Positions 26,372 through 38,705 of a stretch of DNA of 64,000 bases are shown in pieces (positions within the stretch are counted from its first letter, which is position 1; each line of letters opens with the position of its first letter). The notes beneath the pieces were generated by a model, which worked only from the letters and a program-made list of their open reading frames with translations, was not told the DNA's origin and did no database searches. The stretch is from Octopus sinensis (Eukaryota), in NCBI RefSeq assembly GCF_006345805.1, contig NC_043011.1, positions 54,448,464 to 54,512,463 on the forward strand. Reading direction: 5' to 3'. The translations under genes and the position numbers were made by a program.

Positions 26372-26575
26372 AATATATATATAATTATAATTAATGGCTC
26401 TGAAGGAACAGCCTCGATGTGCTAGAAGTAGATGTCAAATGACTCTAAACTACTTCAATTTGCATGCCGTTAGCACAGGTTGAATGTAAATTGAAGTGGT
26501 TTAGAGTCATTTGATATCTATTTCTAGCATATAGGTGCCATTTCTTCAGTGCCCTTAATTATAATTATATATAAT
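26372..26575. repeat. Imperfect palindrome (~85 bp arms)
   Basis: gctagaagtagatgtcaaatgactctaaactacttcaattt / aaattgaagtggtttagagtcatttgatatctatttctagc. Confidence 0.8.
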
Positions 26576-26904
26576 TATACATTTATATATTGATTTCACC
26601 TATATGGTTTTGTTATTATATGCTGGCTACTGATAAAATCATCAAGTTGTTAACGATGTTATCCTTAATTATGTATACATATATACATGTGTATGTGTGT
26701 GTGTGTGTAATGTTTTGTACTAATGAGTATACATCAATTAGCATGTTGATGTGTTGAGTAAAGCACCAGAACAGTATGGGCTACCTGATGTCATCTGCAG
26801 TTGGGATATATTTCCTTTGGATCTACTTCAGGAATTCTGCAGGGTTAGTTGAAATAATAATCGATTAAGTAAGCAGAAGATGGAACTGGTATAACTCTTT
26901 GTTT

Positions 26905-27210
26905 TATACAGTGACCATTTCAACCCATCCTGCATCTGTCCCTTATGGGTGGGATCATACTGTGCATCATACTGTGCTGCATCGATTTTGCAGTCTGGGT
27001 CACATCAGGTACATTCATACATAGAGTGGTGTATCACTTCATTTGAAGCAGGCAAATTGCAACATGACTGCCCAAAATCAAGATCTTTAGTGATACACCA
27101 TTTTATGTATGAGTCTACCTGATGCGACCCAGACTGCAAGATTGGTGTAACATGGCATGATGCACAGCATTCCACCTATAAAGGACAGGTGCATGAAGGG
27201 TCGAAATGAT
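26905..27210. mobile_element. Decayed foldback/MITE (~120 bp arms)
   Basis: ttgcagtctgggtcacatcaggta..gtggtgtatcact / agtgatacaccat..tacctgatgcgacccagactgcaa. Confidence 0.75.
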
Positions 27211-27279
27211 TATTGTACAAAATAAAGAGTTATACCAATTCCATCCTATGTTTACTTAATCGATTTATATGTATATGCC

Positions 27280-27605
27280 TCGCCTGGCCCCCGTGCCGGT
27301 GGCACGTAAAAAGCACCATCCGTTCGTGGCCGTTGCCAGCCTCGCCTGGCCCCCATGCCGGTGGCACATAAAAAGCACCATCCGATCGTGGCCGTTTGCC
27401 AGACTCGTCTGGTACCTGTGCCGGTGGCATGTAAAAAGCACCCACTACACTCATGGAGTGGTTGGCATTAGGAAGGGCATCCAACCGTAGAAACATTGGC
27501 AGATCAAACTGGGCCTGGTGCAGCCTTCTGGCTTCCCAGACCCCAGTTCAACCGTCCAACCCATGCTAGCATGGAAAGCGGATGCTAAACGATGATGATG
27601 ATGAT
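27280..27605 (+). mobile_element. RTE 3' end with three ~60 bp internal tandem units
   Basis: Repeated gtgccggtggcac.taaaaagcacc units. Confidence 0.85.
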
Positions 27606-27622
27606 ATATATATATATATATG

Positions 27623-27922
27623 TGGAGGCGCAATGGCCCAGTGGTTAGGGCAGCGGACTGACGGTCGGAGGATTGCAGTTTCGATTCCCAGACCGGGCGT
27701 TGCGTGTGTTTATTGAGCGAAAACACCTAAAGCACCACGAGGCTCCGGCAGTGGGTGGTGGTGACCCCTGCTGTACTCTTTCGCCACAACTTTCTCTCAC
27801 TCTTTCTTCTGTTGGCCTGCTTGCTTAGCCAGCCGGGTGGTGTCATTTGAAGGCTAAAACAATGCGAAGCGCATTGTGACCAGCGATGTGTAGCAACATC
27901 TGATAGCTTGTCAGTCACGTGA
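27623..27922 (+). mobile_element. tRNA-derived SINE family C (tail type 1)
   Basis: Head ggaggcgcaatggcccagtggttagggcagcgg..tttcgattccc; shared core to ctctcactctt. Confidence 0.85.
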
Positions 27923-28208
27923 TATATATATATATATATATAAGGGTAGAAATTGATATTAATCAATTAAAACCAGTTGCTTAGCATATTTAAAAATCCC
28001 AAAATTAAAAGTTGTGTTACATACAAAATTAAGAGAATTAAGAGGAATGACCTCTAAAGTGGGTGATTTAATGTCTATTAGGTGTCCACTTTAGTGGTAA
28101 TTTCTCTCAATTTTGTGCGTATATATATATATATATATGTTTAGCATATTAGGTGTCTACTTTAGTGGTCATTCTTCTAAATTTTGTATATATATATATA
28201 TATATATA

Positions 28209-28420
28209 CAGGGTGACCCAAAAGTAGGTTGACAGTTATTCACCTATCTCTTTTGCATTCATATATTAGCAGTTTGTATCTTAATTATAAAAAAACATGA
28301 AACCATTATTCTGTGTTAATTTAGTTAACTGTATGATAGAAATTTAAATGTAATAAAATGATTTGAAAGAAATTTAAAGTGCCTACGTGATAACTGTAGA
28401 CCTACTTTTAGGCCACCCTG
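28209..28420. mobile_element. Tc1/mariner-type MITE (212 bp)
   Basis: TA|cagggtgacccaaaagtaggt ... acctacttttaggccaccctg|TA. Confidence 0.85.
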
Positions 28421-28635
28421 TATACAAACACACGCGAGCGGGTAAAAGAAAATACAGGCAGATCAGTCAATTAGGCTTTTATTCAACATATTCCCCCCTC
28501 AGATTCATTCACTTACTGCAGCAGCCCTTCAGTTTTTCTAAGCCCTGGAAAAGAACTCGGAGGGTTGAGCCTTCAACCAGGCAATTCACAATACCCTTAA
28601 AGCCAAAGACCTTTCAGCATCCCCTTATATATGTG

Positions 28636-28668
<33 letters not shown>

Positions 28669-28692
28669 GCATATATATATATGTATATAAAA

Positions 28693-29290
28693 GGCGGTGA
28701 GCTGGCAGAAACGTTAGCACGCCGGGCGAAATGCGTAGCCGTATTTCGTCTGCCGTTACGTTCTGAGTTCAAATTCCGCCGAGGTCGACTTTGCCTTTCA
28801 TCCTTTCGGGGTCGATAAATTAAGTACCAGTTACGCACTGGGATCAATGTAATCGACTTAATCCCTTTGTCTGTCCTTGTTTGTCCCCTCTGTGTTTAGC
28901 CCCTTGTGGGTAGTAAAGAAATAGGTATTTCGTCTGCCGTTACGTTCTGAGTTCAAATTCCACCGAGGTCGACTTTGCCTTTCATCCTTTCGGGGTTGAT
29001 AAATTAAGTACCAGTTACGCACTGGGATCAATGTAATCGACTTAATCCGTTTGTCTGTCCTTGTTTGTCCCCTCTGTGTTTAGCCCCTTGTGGGTAATAA
29101 AGAAATAGGTATTTCGTCTGCCGTTACGTTCTGAGTTCAAATTCCGCCGAGGTCGACTTTGCCTTTCATCCTTTCGGGGTCGATAAATTAAGTACCAGTT
29201 ACGCACTGGGATCAATGTAATCGACTTAATCCCTTTGTCTGTCCTTGTTTGTCCCCTCTGTGTTTAGCCCCTTGTGGGTAGTAAAGAAAT
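28693..29290 (+). mobile_element. Head-to-tail trimer of SINE family B
   Basis: One full copy plus two ~180 bp near-identical units joined by aagaaataggtatttcgtctgccg. Confidence 0.9.
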
Positions 29291-29304
29291 ATATATATGT
29301 ATAT

Positions 29305-29372
29305 AATGATACATATGTTTCGAGTGGTTATGCAATGAGTGGTTATGCAGTTCTCCACTTTCGTCAGTTGCT
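29305..29372 (-). ncRNA. Hammerhead motif with intact core and degenerate stem I, next to an inverted partial copy
   Basis: CUGACGA AAGUGG..CCACUC GAAAC AUAU GUA UCAUU. Confidence 0.55.
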
Positions 29373-30424
29373 TCAAGCTTGAAATGACCGACAAAAGTGG
29401 ATGACTGCATAACCTCTTGAAAAGTGCAGATCATTAAATGCATTCAAAGTACCAATTATTGGTTTCTGCGATTGTTCAAATATTACGAGACTCATATTTC
29501 TGACAATCTGTTCTACCTTTTGCATGGATAACATAATTACTAAGCAATATGGCAGAGGAGTGAAATGTCGATCTAAACATTGACTCTGAAATATCTGGTA
29601 ATGCATTCTATTAAATGTAAGTGTGTGTGTGTGTGTGTATACACACGCACGCACACACACATACACTCACACACACACATACATGCAAATATACTTATAC
29701 ATACATTTATAGATAAACACACACACACATACATATACATATGTACATACACACACACATATACATACATACACATATGAGGAAAATGCGGAGGAGGACA
29801 GGTAGAGAAGGAGATTAGGAGGGTTGGCTTCAGAAGGAAGGACACCCAAAACAGGGCAAGATGGCAAGATGGTGTGAGGGTGGTTGCTATGGCACTGAGA
29901 TAGATCCGGCCAACCCTGTTAACGGAGATAAAACCCAGATTCAAAACACTGGATGATGATGATACACACATACACACACAAATAGACACCCAAACAAGAC
30001 CAGTCTGCAACAACAGAATTGATACCAGTGCTAGTGTCATGCAAAAAGCATGGGAGCAGGTGTTATATAAAAAGCACCAATACACTCTGTAAAGTGATTG
30101 GCATCAGGGACAGCATGCAGCCATAGAAACTACAACAGGTAATGGAGCCTGGTGCTGCCCCTGGCCTTACCAGCTTATGTCAAACTATGATCCAAAGGCC
30201 GCTGAGGAAGCTAGGGGTAGAGACAGCTTGTGAGGCTCATACAAGTCCCATACTATGATGAGGCCCTGGTTGCTGGTTTCAAACATAGATTTAGTTACAT
30301 GTCTATCTCTCACCACACCATGAGAAAACGTCTTTCTAAAACTTATGTGGTTCACACCCCCAGGTTTTCTAAATGCTAAATCTTGCATAGGTGGGATCTT
30401 CCTTAGTTTAGTAAATTGGATTGG

Positions 30425-30805
30425 AAGCACTCCGTCGGTTACGACGACGAGGGTTCCAGTTGCTCCGAATCAACGGAACTGCCTGCTCGTGAAATTAACG
30501 TGTAAGTGGCTGAGCACTCCACAGACACGTGTACCCTTAACGTAGTTCTCGGGGATATTCAGCATGACACAGAGAGTGACAAGGCCGGCCCTTTGAAATA
30601 CAGGTACAACAGAAACAGGAAGTAAGAGTGAGAGAAAGTTGTGGTGAAAGAGTACAGCAGGGATCACCACCATCCCCTGCCGGAGCCGCGTGGAGCTTTA
30701 GGTGTTTTCGCTCAATAAACACTCACAACGCCCGGTCTGGGAATCGAAACCGCGATCCTATGACCGCGAGTCCGCTGCCCTAACCACTGGGCCATTGCGC
30801 CTCCA
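30425..30805 (-). mobile_element. SINE family C (tail type 2)
   Basis: Same head and core as 27623; tail ends ggaaccctcgtcgtcgtaaccgacggagtg. Confidence 0.88.
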
Positions 30806-31056
30806 CAGTTTAGTAAATAAGCATATTTCAAACACATAAATACAGGAAAATTTTTAAGAGACATACTTTGTTTGTTTTTGTTGTGTTCCTAACATTTAGA
30901 AAATCTTAGCAAACAGATCTAAACCAGGCACACAGACAACCTGTTTGTGTAGAAATAATGCTATATGCCCACTGACATGTCGATGTAATACAAAAACTGT
31001 CATGAATGAGGTGGATGTAGTCTCAAAGAACCCCAGTAGAGTGACAAGTGTACAGA

Positions 31057-31285
31057 AGTATATGCGTGCAACAGAAGGCCCTTTTAACATGAAATACAAC
31101 AACTAAAAGTCTTTGTTTAATATTCAGGAAAGATTTAATGTCACAGTATTGGCAAATATGAATATTGAAAGAAAATACTGCTCAATATAACATCAAGTGG
31201 AGTCTACAAGGAAAGAGTAATCCTCAACAGCAGTTGGAGGTTGCAGGCTGTGTTTAGCAGAGAAAAGAATCATGCTGAAGAACTC
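31057..31285 (+). mobile_element. Decayed Penelope-like GIY-YIG remnant
   Basis: KYMRATEGPFNMKYNN*K.., NIKWS.., GGCRLCLAEKRI. Confidence 0.6.
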
Positions 31286-32648
31286 CCCCACCTAGGGGCA
31301 TACACAAACTTTAAAATGTCTCTTTTTTTTTCTCTTCTTATACAAGGTATGCCGTAGGTATAAGGATTGGATCTTCTTGCGTTAGTAATTCTCTCAAAAT
31401 AAACAAAGAATTTATATTATCCACCACACCCAGAATCTACATACACATTTACACAATCACACGTTCTAAAATTAACCCTTCCCTGCCCCACATCTCCCAT
31501 GCACTTCTATCCACCCTACAATCAAATATCACATAAAACTGGAGTTCACATCGTTCCAGGTTCAGTCCCACTGCATGGCTCCTTGAGCAAGTATCAGGCT
31601 GACCAAAGCCGTGTGAGAGGATTTGATAGATGGAAACTGAAAAAAGTCTGTTGAGTGTGTGGGTGTGTGTGTGTTTGCTTGTCTTTGTGTATGTGCTTGT
31701 CCCCCACCAACATTTGACAACAGGTGCTGGTTTGTTTATATCCCCAGAGCTTAGCAGTTTAACAAAACAGATTGATAGAACAAGTACCAAGCTAAACATT
31801 TTCAAAGGTCGATTTATTCAATAACTCCTTTAAGGCAGTGCCCCAGCATGGCTATAGCCCATGCTGAGGCACTGCAGTCCACAAGCAAAAGACGAAAGAC
31901 TTGAAAGCTGATATGTAGGTCACTAGCTAAAAGAGACCCATTTTATGTGGTGTGACAGAATGGTCAATTAAGGCTGACCTGTGGCTAAAGAACACCAGCT
32001 TCACATGTCAAAAATAAAAGACACTGTTACACCATTACCTTTCTGAACACAAACAAAAGGTCTGCAAAACTGTCCCCTGAAAGTTGAAGGGGACTTCAAT
32101 ACCACAAACATACATCGCTGGGCATAAAGGCACCTGCCTCAATACTATTTCTCTGCTCAGCTCAGGGGTCTTACCTTGCATCATGTAACTCGGTAACCTC
32201 ACTGGTGTTGGTGCCACATCAAAAGCACCCGGGACACTCTGTATAGAGGTCAGCATTAGGCCAAAGCAGATCATTGAGCTTGGTACAGTCCTCCGGTTGA
32301 CCAGTTCTTGTCAAACCATTTAACCCATTCCAGCATGAAGAGTGGACATTAAATAATAATGGTGATGATGACACAATGGTACGGTACAAACGCCTTCGGG
32401 GTTTGGGTGTGAAAAGCCACCAATGAATATGCAACACATGTATGTGCATTGTGTATGTGTGCATGTGTGTATATATATATATATATATACATATATACAT
32501 ATACATATATACATATACACATATATATATACATATATACACATATATATACATATACATATACACATATATATACATATACATATACACATATATATAC
32601 ATATACATATAGACATATATATACATATACATATAGACATATATATAC

Positions 32649-32701
<53 letters not shown>

Positions 32702-33496
32702 TATACACATATACATATACACACACACACACACAGATATATATATATATATATATACATATACACACATATATATACATATACACACACATATATGTAC
32801 ATATACACATATATATATATATACATACACACATATATATATATACATACACACACAATGCTTTATTGACTAAAAATAACTAAACTATATTCTATAACAC
32901 TAACATACTTGAATACTAAGCTACAATCTTGCTACTGAGAGAGAGAAAGAGAAAGAGAGAGAGAGAGAAAGAGAGAGAGGGGGGTATTTGAAGGAGAGAC
33001 AAACAGACAGACAGAGTGAAGAAGTATTTAAGAGCAGATGGAAAACAGAAGTTTAAAGAGCTCATTGATCATGTATCTGAATCGCCCGCCCACCCACCCC
33101 TCCTAATCCCCACCCCCCTGGCCCATCCCCCCTCACCACCATTCCGCTGATGCTGATTGTGTCGATGGAATGAATGGTGGTGCTGAATACATCATTCATC
33201 TCAGATAGTTGCTACAACAACAACAACAACAACAACAACTGCAATGTCTGAAGCAACAACAAGAATGATAACTACAACATTCGCACAGATTTCGGCACAC
33301 AGTCCTGCTTGTGGAAATTCCTCCCCAAAAAAGTTTTACTCCATTAAACATTTCTGGCAACAACAACAACAACGACAACAACAACACAGTGATGGGTTTG
33401 TCCTTCGTCTCTCGCTTTATGAAATATACTGTTTACTTTGTTAATTTACAGCTATTTTACTACAACGCAGAGAGACTGACAGATGCACGCACAGAC

Positions 33497-33925
33497 GCAA
33501 ACACACACACACACACACATCACAAATAACACACACACACAAGCATCACAAATAACACACACACACACACACATCACAAATAACACACACACACACACAT
33601 CACAAAAAACACACACACACACATCACAAATAACACACACACACACACACACCACAAATAACACACACACACACATCACAAAAAACACACACACACACAC
33701 ATCACAAAAAACACACACACACACAACATCACAAATAACACACACACACCACATCACAAAAAACACACACACAACATCACAAAAAACACACACACACACA
33801 CAACACACACCACCACAAATAACACACACACACATCACAAAAAACACACACACACACACACATCACAAAAAACACACACACACATCACAAATAACACACA
33901 CACACATCACAAATAACTCACAGAT
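33497..33925. repeat. Compound minisatellite: (CA)n spacers with a fixed tcacaaa(t/a)aa motif
   Basis: Roughly 17 units seen directly. Confidence 0.9.
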
Positions 33926-34395
33926 ATGATAAAGATTTATAAAGATTTTCTTTGCCTTTTTTTTTTACAAGATACGTGCACATTATCATCACCAACAGTA
34001 GCAACATCATCATTATAATCACCATCATCATTGACATCATCATCGCCAGCATCATCATCACCACCACCATCAATGTCATCATCATCATCTCCACCATCAG
34101 GCAGGTGTGAATGTGTGTGGTTTCTGTATTGTAGAATTCAGTTTATCTATTTATTTATTTATTCTGTTGGTCATTGTCTTTCTGGTATGGAGCCATCATA
34201 GACAAGGTGAACATAGACAAGGGAAAGTTATGTCCAAATACGTCCCAACTGACAGTGCTAATGTCTTCCCAGAATGGAGAGACTTCTAAATTGGTCCAGA
34301 AGAATTTCCTGGAAAACATAATTCAAGGAGAAATGTTTCCTTCCAGCTGAGGAGTTGATAAAAATCCAAAATTCCACAGAACATCCAGAAGTGGC

Positions 34396-34435
<40 letters not shown>

Positions 34436-34729
34436 TAATAATAATAATAACAATAATAATAATAATAACAATAATAATAATAATTATTATGGTTTCCAAA
34501 TTTTGGTACAAAGCCAGCACTTTTGTGGAGGTGGGTAAGTCTACTACATTGATCCCAGCATTCAACTGGTACTTACTTTATTGACCATGCAAGGATGAAA
34601 GCAAAGCTGACCTCAGTGGCATTTGAACTCAGAACGTAAAGACTGACAAAATGTCGCTCAGCATTTTGCCTGATGTGCTAACGATTCTGCTAGCTCACCA
34701 CTTTAATAATAATAATAATATTAATGATG

Positions 34730-34761
<32 letters not shown>

Positions 34762-35056
34762 TTAATGATGATAATAATAATAATAATAATTATAAATCTT
34801 TTCTACTCTAGGCACAAGGCCCGAAATTTGGGGGGAAGGGACCAGTCAATTAGATCGACCCCTGTATACAACTGGTACTTAATTCATTAACCCTGAAAGG
34901 ATGAAAGACAAAGTTGACCTTAGCAGAATTTGGACTCAGAACATAAAGTCAGATAAAATATCGCTAAGCATTTTGGCCAGAGTGCTAACGTTTCTTATTT
35001 CTTTATTGTCCACAAGGAGCTAAACATAGAGGGGACAAACAAGGAAAGACAGATGA

Positions 35057-35084
35057 GGAGGAGGAGAGGAGAAGAAGAAGAAGA

Positions 35085-35125
<41 letters not shown>

Positions 35126-35180
35126 GGAAGAAGAAGAAGAAGAGAGAAGAAGAAGAAGAAGAAGAAGAAGAAGAAGAAGA
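35057..35180. repeat. (GAA/GGA)n polypurine tract just downstream of the exon 2 donor
   Basis: Seen directly. Confidence 0.9.
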
Positions 35181-35203
35181 TTTTAAATGCAAAATTTACT
35201 GAC

Positions 35204-35245
35204 CTTTTGAAATTCCCGTAGCCATAATTTTAATGTATTGTCCGG
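35204..35245 (-). CDS. INPP5A: INPP5A-like coding exon (equivalent to vertebrate exon 2), 42 nt, phase 0 to 0
   Basis: Translates PDNTLKLWLREFQK (human PENLQKNWLREFYQ, recalled). Acceptor ttattattgcag, donor AAG|gtcagt; joins in frame to the 314-214 exon. Confidence 0.92.
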
Positions 35246-35270
35246 CTGCAATAATAATAATATAAATATT

Positions 35271-35308
<38 letters not shown>

Positions 35309-35835
35309 TGAAAATAATAATAATAACAATAGAAGTTTAGTGGAATGAATTACATAGATATAATTATCAAGGACAAGAATGGAAAGTGAGATGCTTGCAG
35401 TTCGTTGAGACGGTGATTAATGACACAATTTCTGTAAGATCCCAGATGTCTTGAGTTCTTCTAAACGGCAATACATCAGCGCCGAAAGGAGGCAGAGGAA
35501 ATTATCAAAGAACAAGTGTCTTGGAACTGAGATAAGCAGGATGCAAGATGCGAAATTAAAAATAGAATCTTTAAGAAACGAAGCCCTGTTTCGGTCTCAA
35601 TGGACTGCGGCCAAGCTGGAGCGCTGCGTCGATGGGTTTTGTTTTAGTTGAACAAATCGACCCCTGGAATGTATTCTATCGGTCTATTTAGCCAAACTGG
35701 TACATTGCAGGAATGTAGACTAACCAACAATGGTTGCCAGGCAATAGGGAAGCAGACAAACACAAACACAAAGTCATACACACACACACATATGATGGGA
35801 ATATAAAGACATACACACACATGTACAAGTGTACA

Positions 35836-35873
<38 letters not shown>

Positions 35874-35891
35874 CATGTGTGTGTATATGTG

Positions 35892-35927
<36 letters not shown>

Positions 35928-36358
35928 CGCAGGAGTGGCTGTGTGGTAAGTAGCTTGCTTACGAACCACATGGTTTCGGGTTCAGTCCCACTGCGTGGCA
36001 CCTTGGGTGAGTGTCTTCTACTATAGCCTTGGGCCGACCAAAGCCTTTTTTGAGTGGATTTGGTAGACGGAAAACTGAAAGAAGCCCGTCGTATATATGT
36101 ATATATATATATATATATGTGTATGTGCATGTTTGTGCGTCTGTGTTTGTACCCCCAACATCTCTTGACAACCGATGCTGGTGTGTTTACGTCCCCATAA
36201 CTTAGCGGTTCGGCAAAAAGAGACCGATAGATTAAGTACTAGGCTTACAAAGAATAAGTCCCAGGGGTCGATTTGTTCGATTAAAGTCGGTGCTCCAGCA
36301 TGGCCACAGTCACATGACTGAAACAAGTAAAAGAGTAAAGTGTATATACAAATTAAAA

Positions 36359-36424
36359 CTACGCTGATGAATTTGCAGATGTTTACATTTGTAAATATTA
36401 ACGAGCGAAACCATTGGTACGTAG
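36359..36424 (+). ncRNA. Type I hammerhead motif with broken stem II
   Basis: CUACG CUGAUGA [12-bp hairpin] AUUAACGAGC GAAAC C-AUU-G GUA CGUAG; 10 unpaired nt before GAAA. Confidence 0.6.
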
Positions 36425-37992
36425 GTAATCGTTTTTTTATTTCATATATTTTCATTTTATCTTGCTCATTTTTACATTCCGGTGTTTGCTGGGATTTTTT
36501 CTTGAGAACACACTCGCAGTAGTAAGGCGATTTGACATCTATCTTTAGCATATTAGGAATCCACTTTGGTGTTCATTCCTCTTATATTTTGTATGTAATA
36601 TAATTTTTAATCTTCAGATTTTTTAAATATGCTAAGCCACTGGTTTTTTTATTTCTACCCTCATTATTTAATTTCATATATATATATACATATAATTGTT
36701 GTGTCTGGGAAGAGTTATACTGCCTTAATATCTAACACACTCACTGATTCAATTTCCATTCATTAATTATTTATATTTTTTTTATTTTCTATTTTTCCCT
36801 TTCCAAAATTTTTGTTGGTTTCGCAACCTTGTCAATGGATGTTGATTCTGTCCGTTATGAGAGCTGTGTTCCGATAATGGACAGAGTCAACATTCATGGG
36901 CAGGGTTACAAAAGCAATGAAAATTTTGGAAAAGAAAAAATATAAATAAGAAATGAGTGGGAATTGAACCAGTGAACATGTTAGATATTTTTTGTACTCT
37001 AGGCACAAGGGCCAAAATTTTGGGGGAGGGGGCCAGTCGATTAGATCGACCCCAGTATGCAGCTGGTACTTAATTTATCAACCTTGAAAAGATGAAAGAC
37101 AAAGTCGACCTTGACAGAATTTGAACTCAGAACAAAAAGACAGACAAAATACCTATTTCTTTACTACCCACATGGAGCTAAACACAGAAGGGACAAACAA
37201 GGACAGACAAACGGATTAAGTCGATTATATCGACCCCAGTGCATAACTGGTACTTAATTTATCGACCTCGAAAGGATGAAAGACAAAGTCGACCTCAGCA
37301 GAATTTGAACTCAGAGCGTAACGGCAGACGAAATACTGCTAAGCATTTCACCCAGTGTGCTAATGTTTCTGCCAGCTCATCGCCTGAGTGAGTATGTTAG
37401 CTATTAAAGCAATATGATTCTGCCCAGACACAACAAAATTTGTTTCAACACACAAATTCACATAAAGAATCTTGCAAACCAGATACAAAAACACACGCAC
37501 ACACAATGGGATTCCACACAGTTTCCATTTATCAAATTCACTCACAAAACATTGGTTGGCTTGGAGCTATTGTAGAAGATACTTGCCTAAGGTGCTGTAC
37601 AGTGGGACTGAACCAGCAACAACAAGGTTGCAAAGCAGGCTCCTTAACGACATGGCCAAGCCAAGCCAAGCCTATATCTAATAAACCATTTAGCTATTCA
37701 ACCATCTGCCTAATGATTCATTCACCCCCACTGGCCATCTGTTTACCCACCTAACCATCCATCCATTCATTCAACCAAACATTCATCCAGCTCACCATCC
37801 ATCAATATTAATCAAATCATCCACTCATTCATCAGATGTCCATCAATATAAACCTGGGGGGGGGGTATCAAATGGTTCAGTATATATAAGAGCATTGTAG
37901 TTCACTTGAAGCATTGAAGGATAGACGTAGAATAATAAATGAATGGGAAATGAGGAAAGCTTCTAAAAATGCAGAGAGGGAAGGTGAAGTAA

Positions 37993-38031
37993 TTTTATGT
38001 ATTTCAGGTGCAAAGGCCCATCTTCAGAAGA
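37993..38031 (-). ncRNA. Probable CpG-decayed minimal hammerhead
   Basis: CUGAAGA UGGGCCUUUGCACCU GAAAUACAUA; restoring CpGs gives GGGC/GCCC and GAAACGCGUA. Confidence 0.3.
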
Positions 38032-38484
38032 ATATAGTCAAAGAAATGTGTGTCTATCTCTTCTCATTTATTAATTGACTTCTGTTTAGTGCATGAGTGG
38101 CAAAGACAGATGGTTGCTGGTAAAGATTCTAGTGAAATATTTTCACAGACCAAAACACAAGACTGTAATATAAAGCACTGGCAGAAACGTTAGTAGCCGG
38201 GTGAAATGCTTAGCAGTATTCCGTCTGCTGTTACGTACTGAGTTCAAATTCTGCCGAGGTCGACTTTGCCTTTCATCCTTTCGGGGTCGATAAATTAAGC
38301 ACCAGTTACGCACTGGGGTCGATGTAATCGACTTGATACCTATGTCTGTCCTTGTTTGTCCCCTCTATGTTTAGCCCCTTGTGGGTAATAAAGAAATAGA
38401 AATAGGTATTTCATCTGCTGTTACGTTCTGAGTTCAAATTCCGCCGAGGTCGACTTTGCCTTTCATCCTTTCGGGGTTGATTAA

Positions 38485-38705
38485 CCCTTTCGTTACCAAC
38501 CCGGTTGAAACCGGCTCTGGCTTTGAATACAAATGTATTGTTTTCATAAGGTTTTGAATTAAAATCTTCCACCAATCCTTAGTCACAATTTATATTCCTA
38601 ACACTAGCTGAATGATAACTAAGTTATTTTAATAAATTCTTTGTTATATTTAAAGTAACTGGAAGAAACACAGAGCATTTCAACAGAAATACAGTAACAA
38701 AAGGA
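38485..38705. mobile_element. piggyBac-type MITE inserted into a SINE B copy
   Basis: Same family as 13241; interrupts ggttgaTTAA|...|TCAAataagtaccag of the SINE core. Confidence 0.85.
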
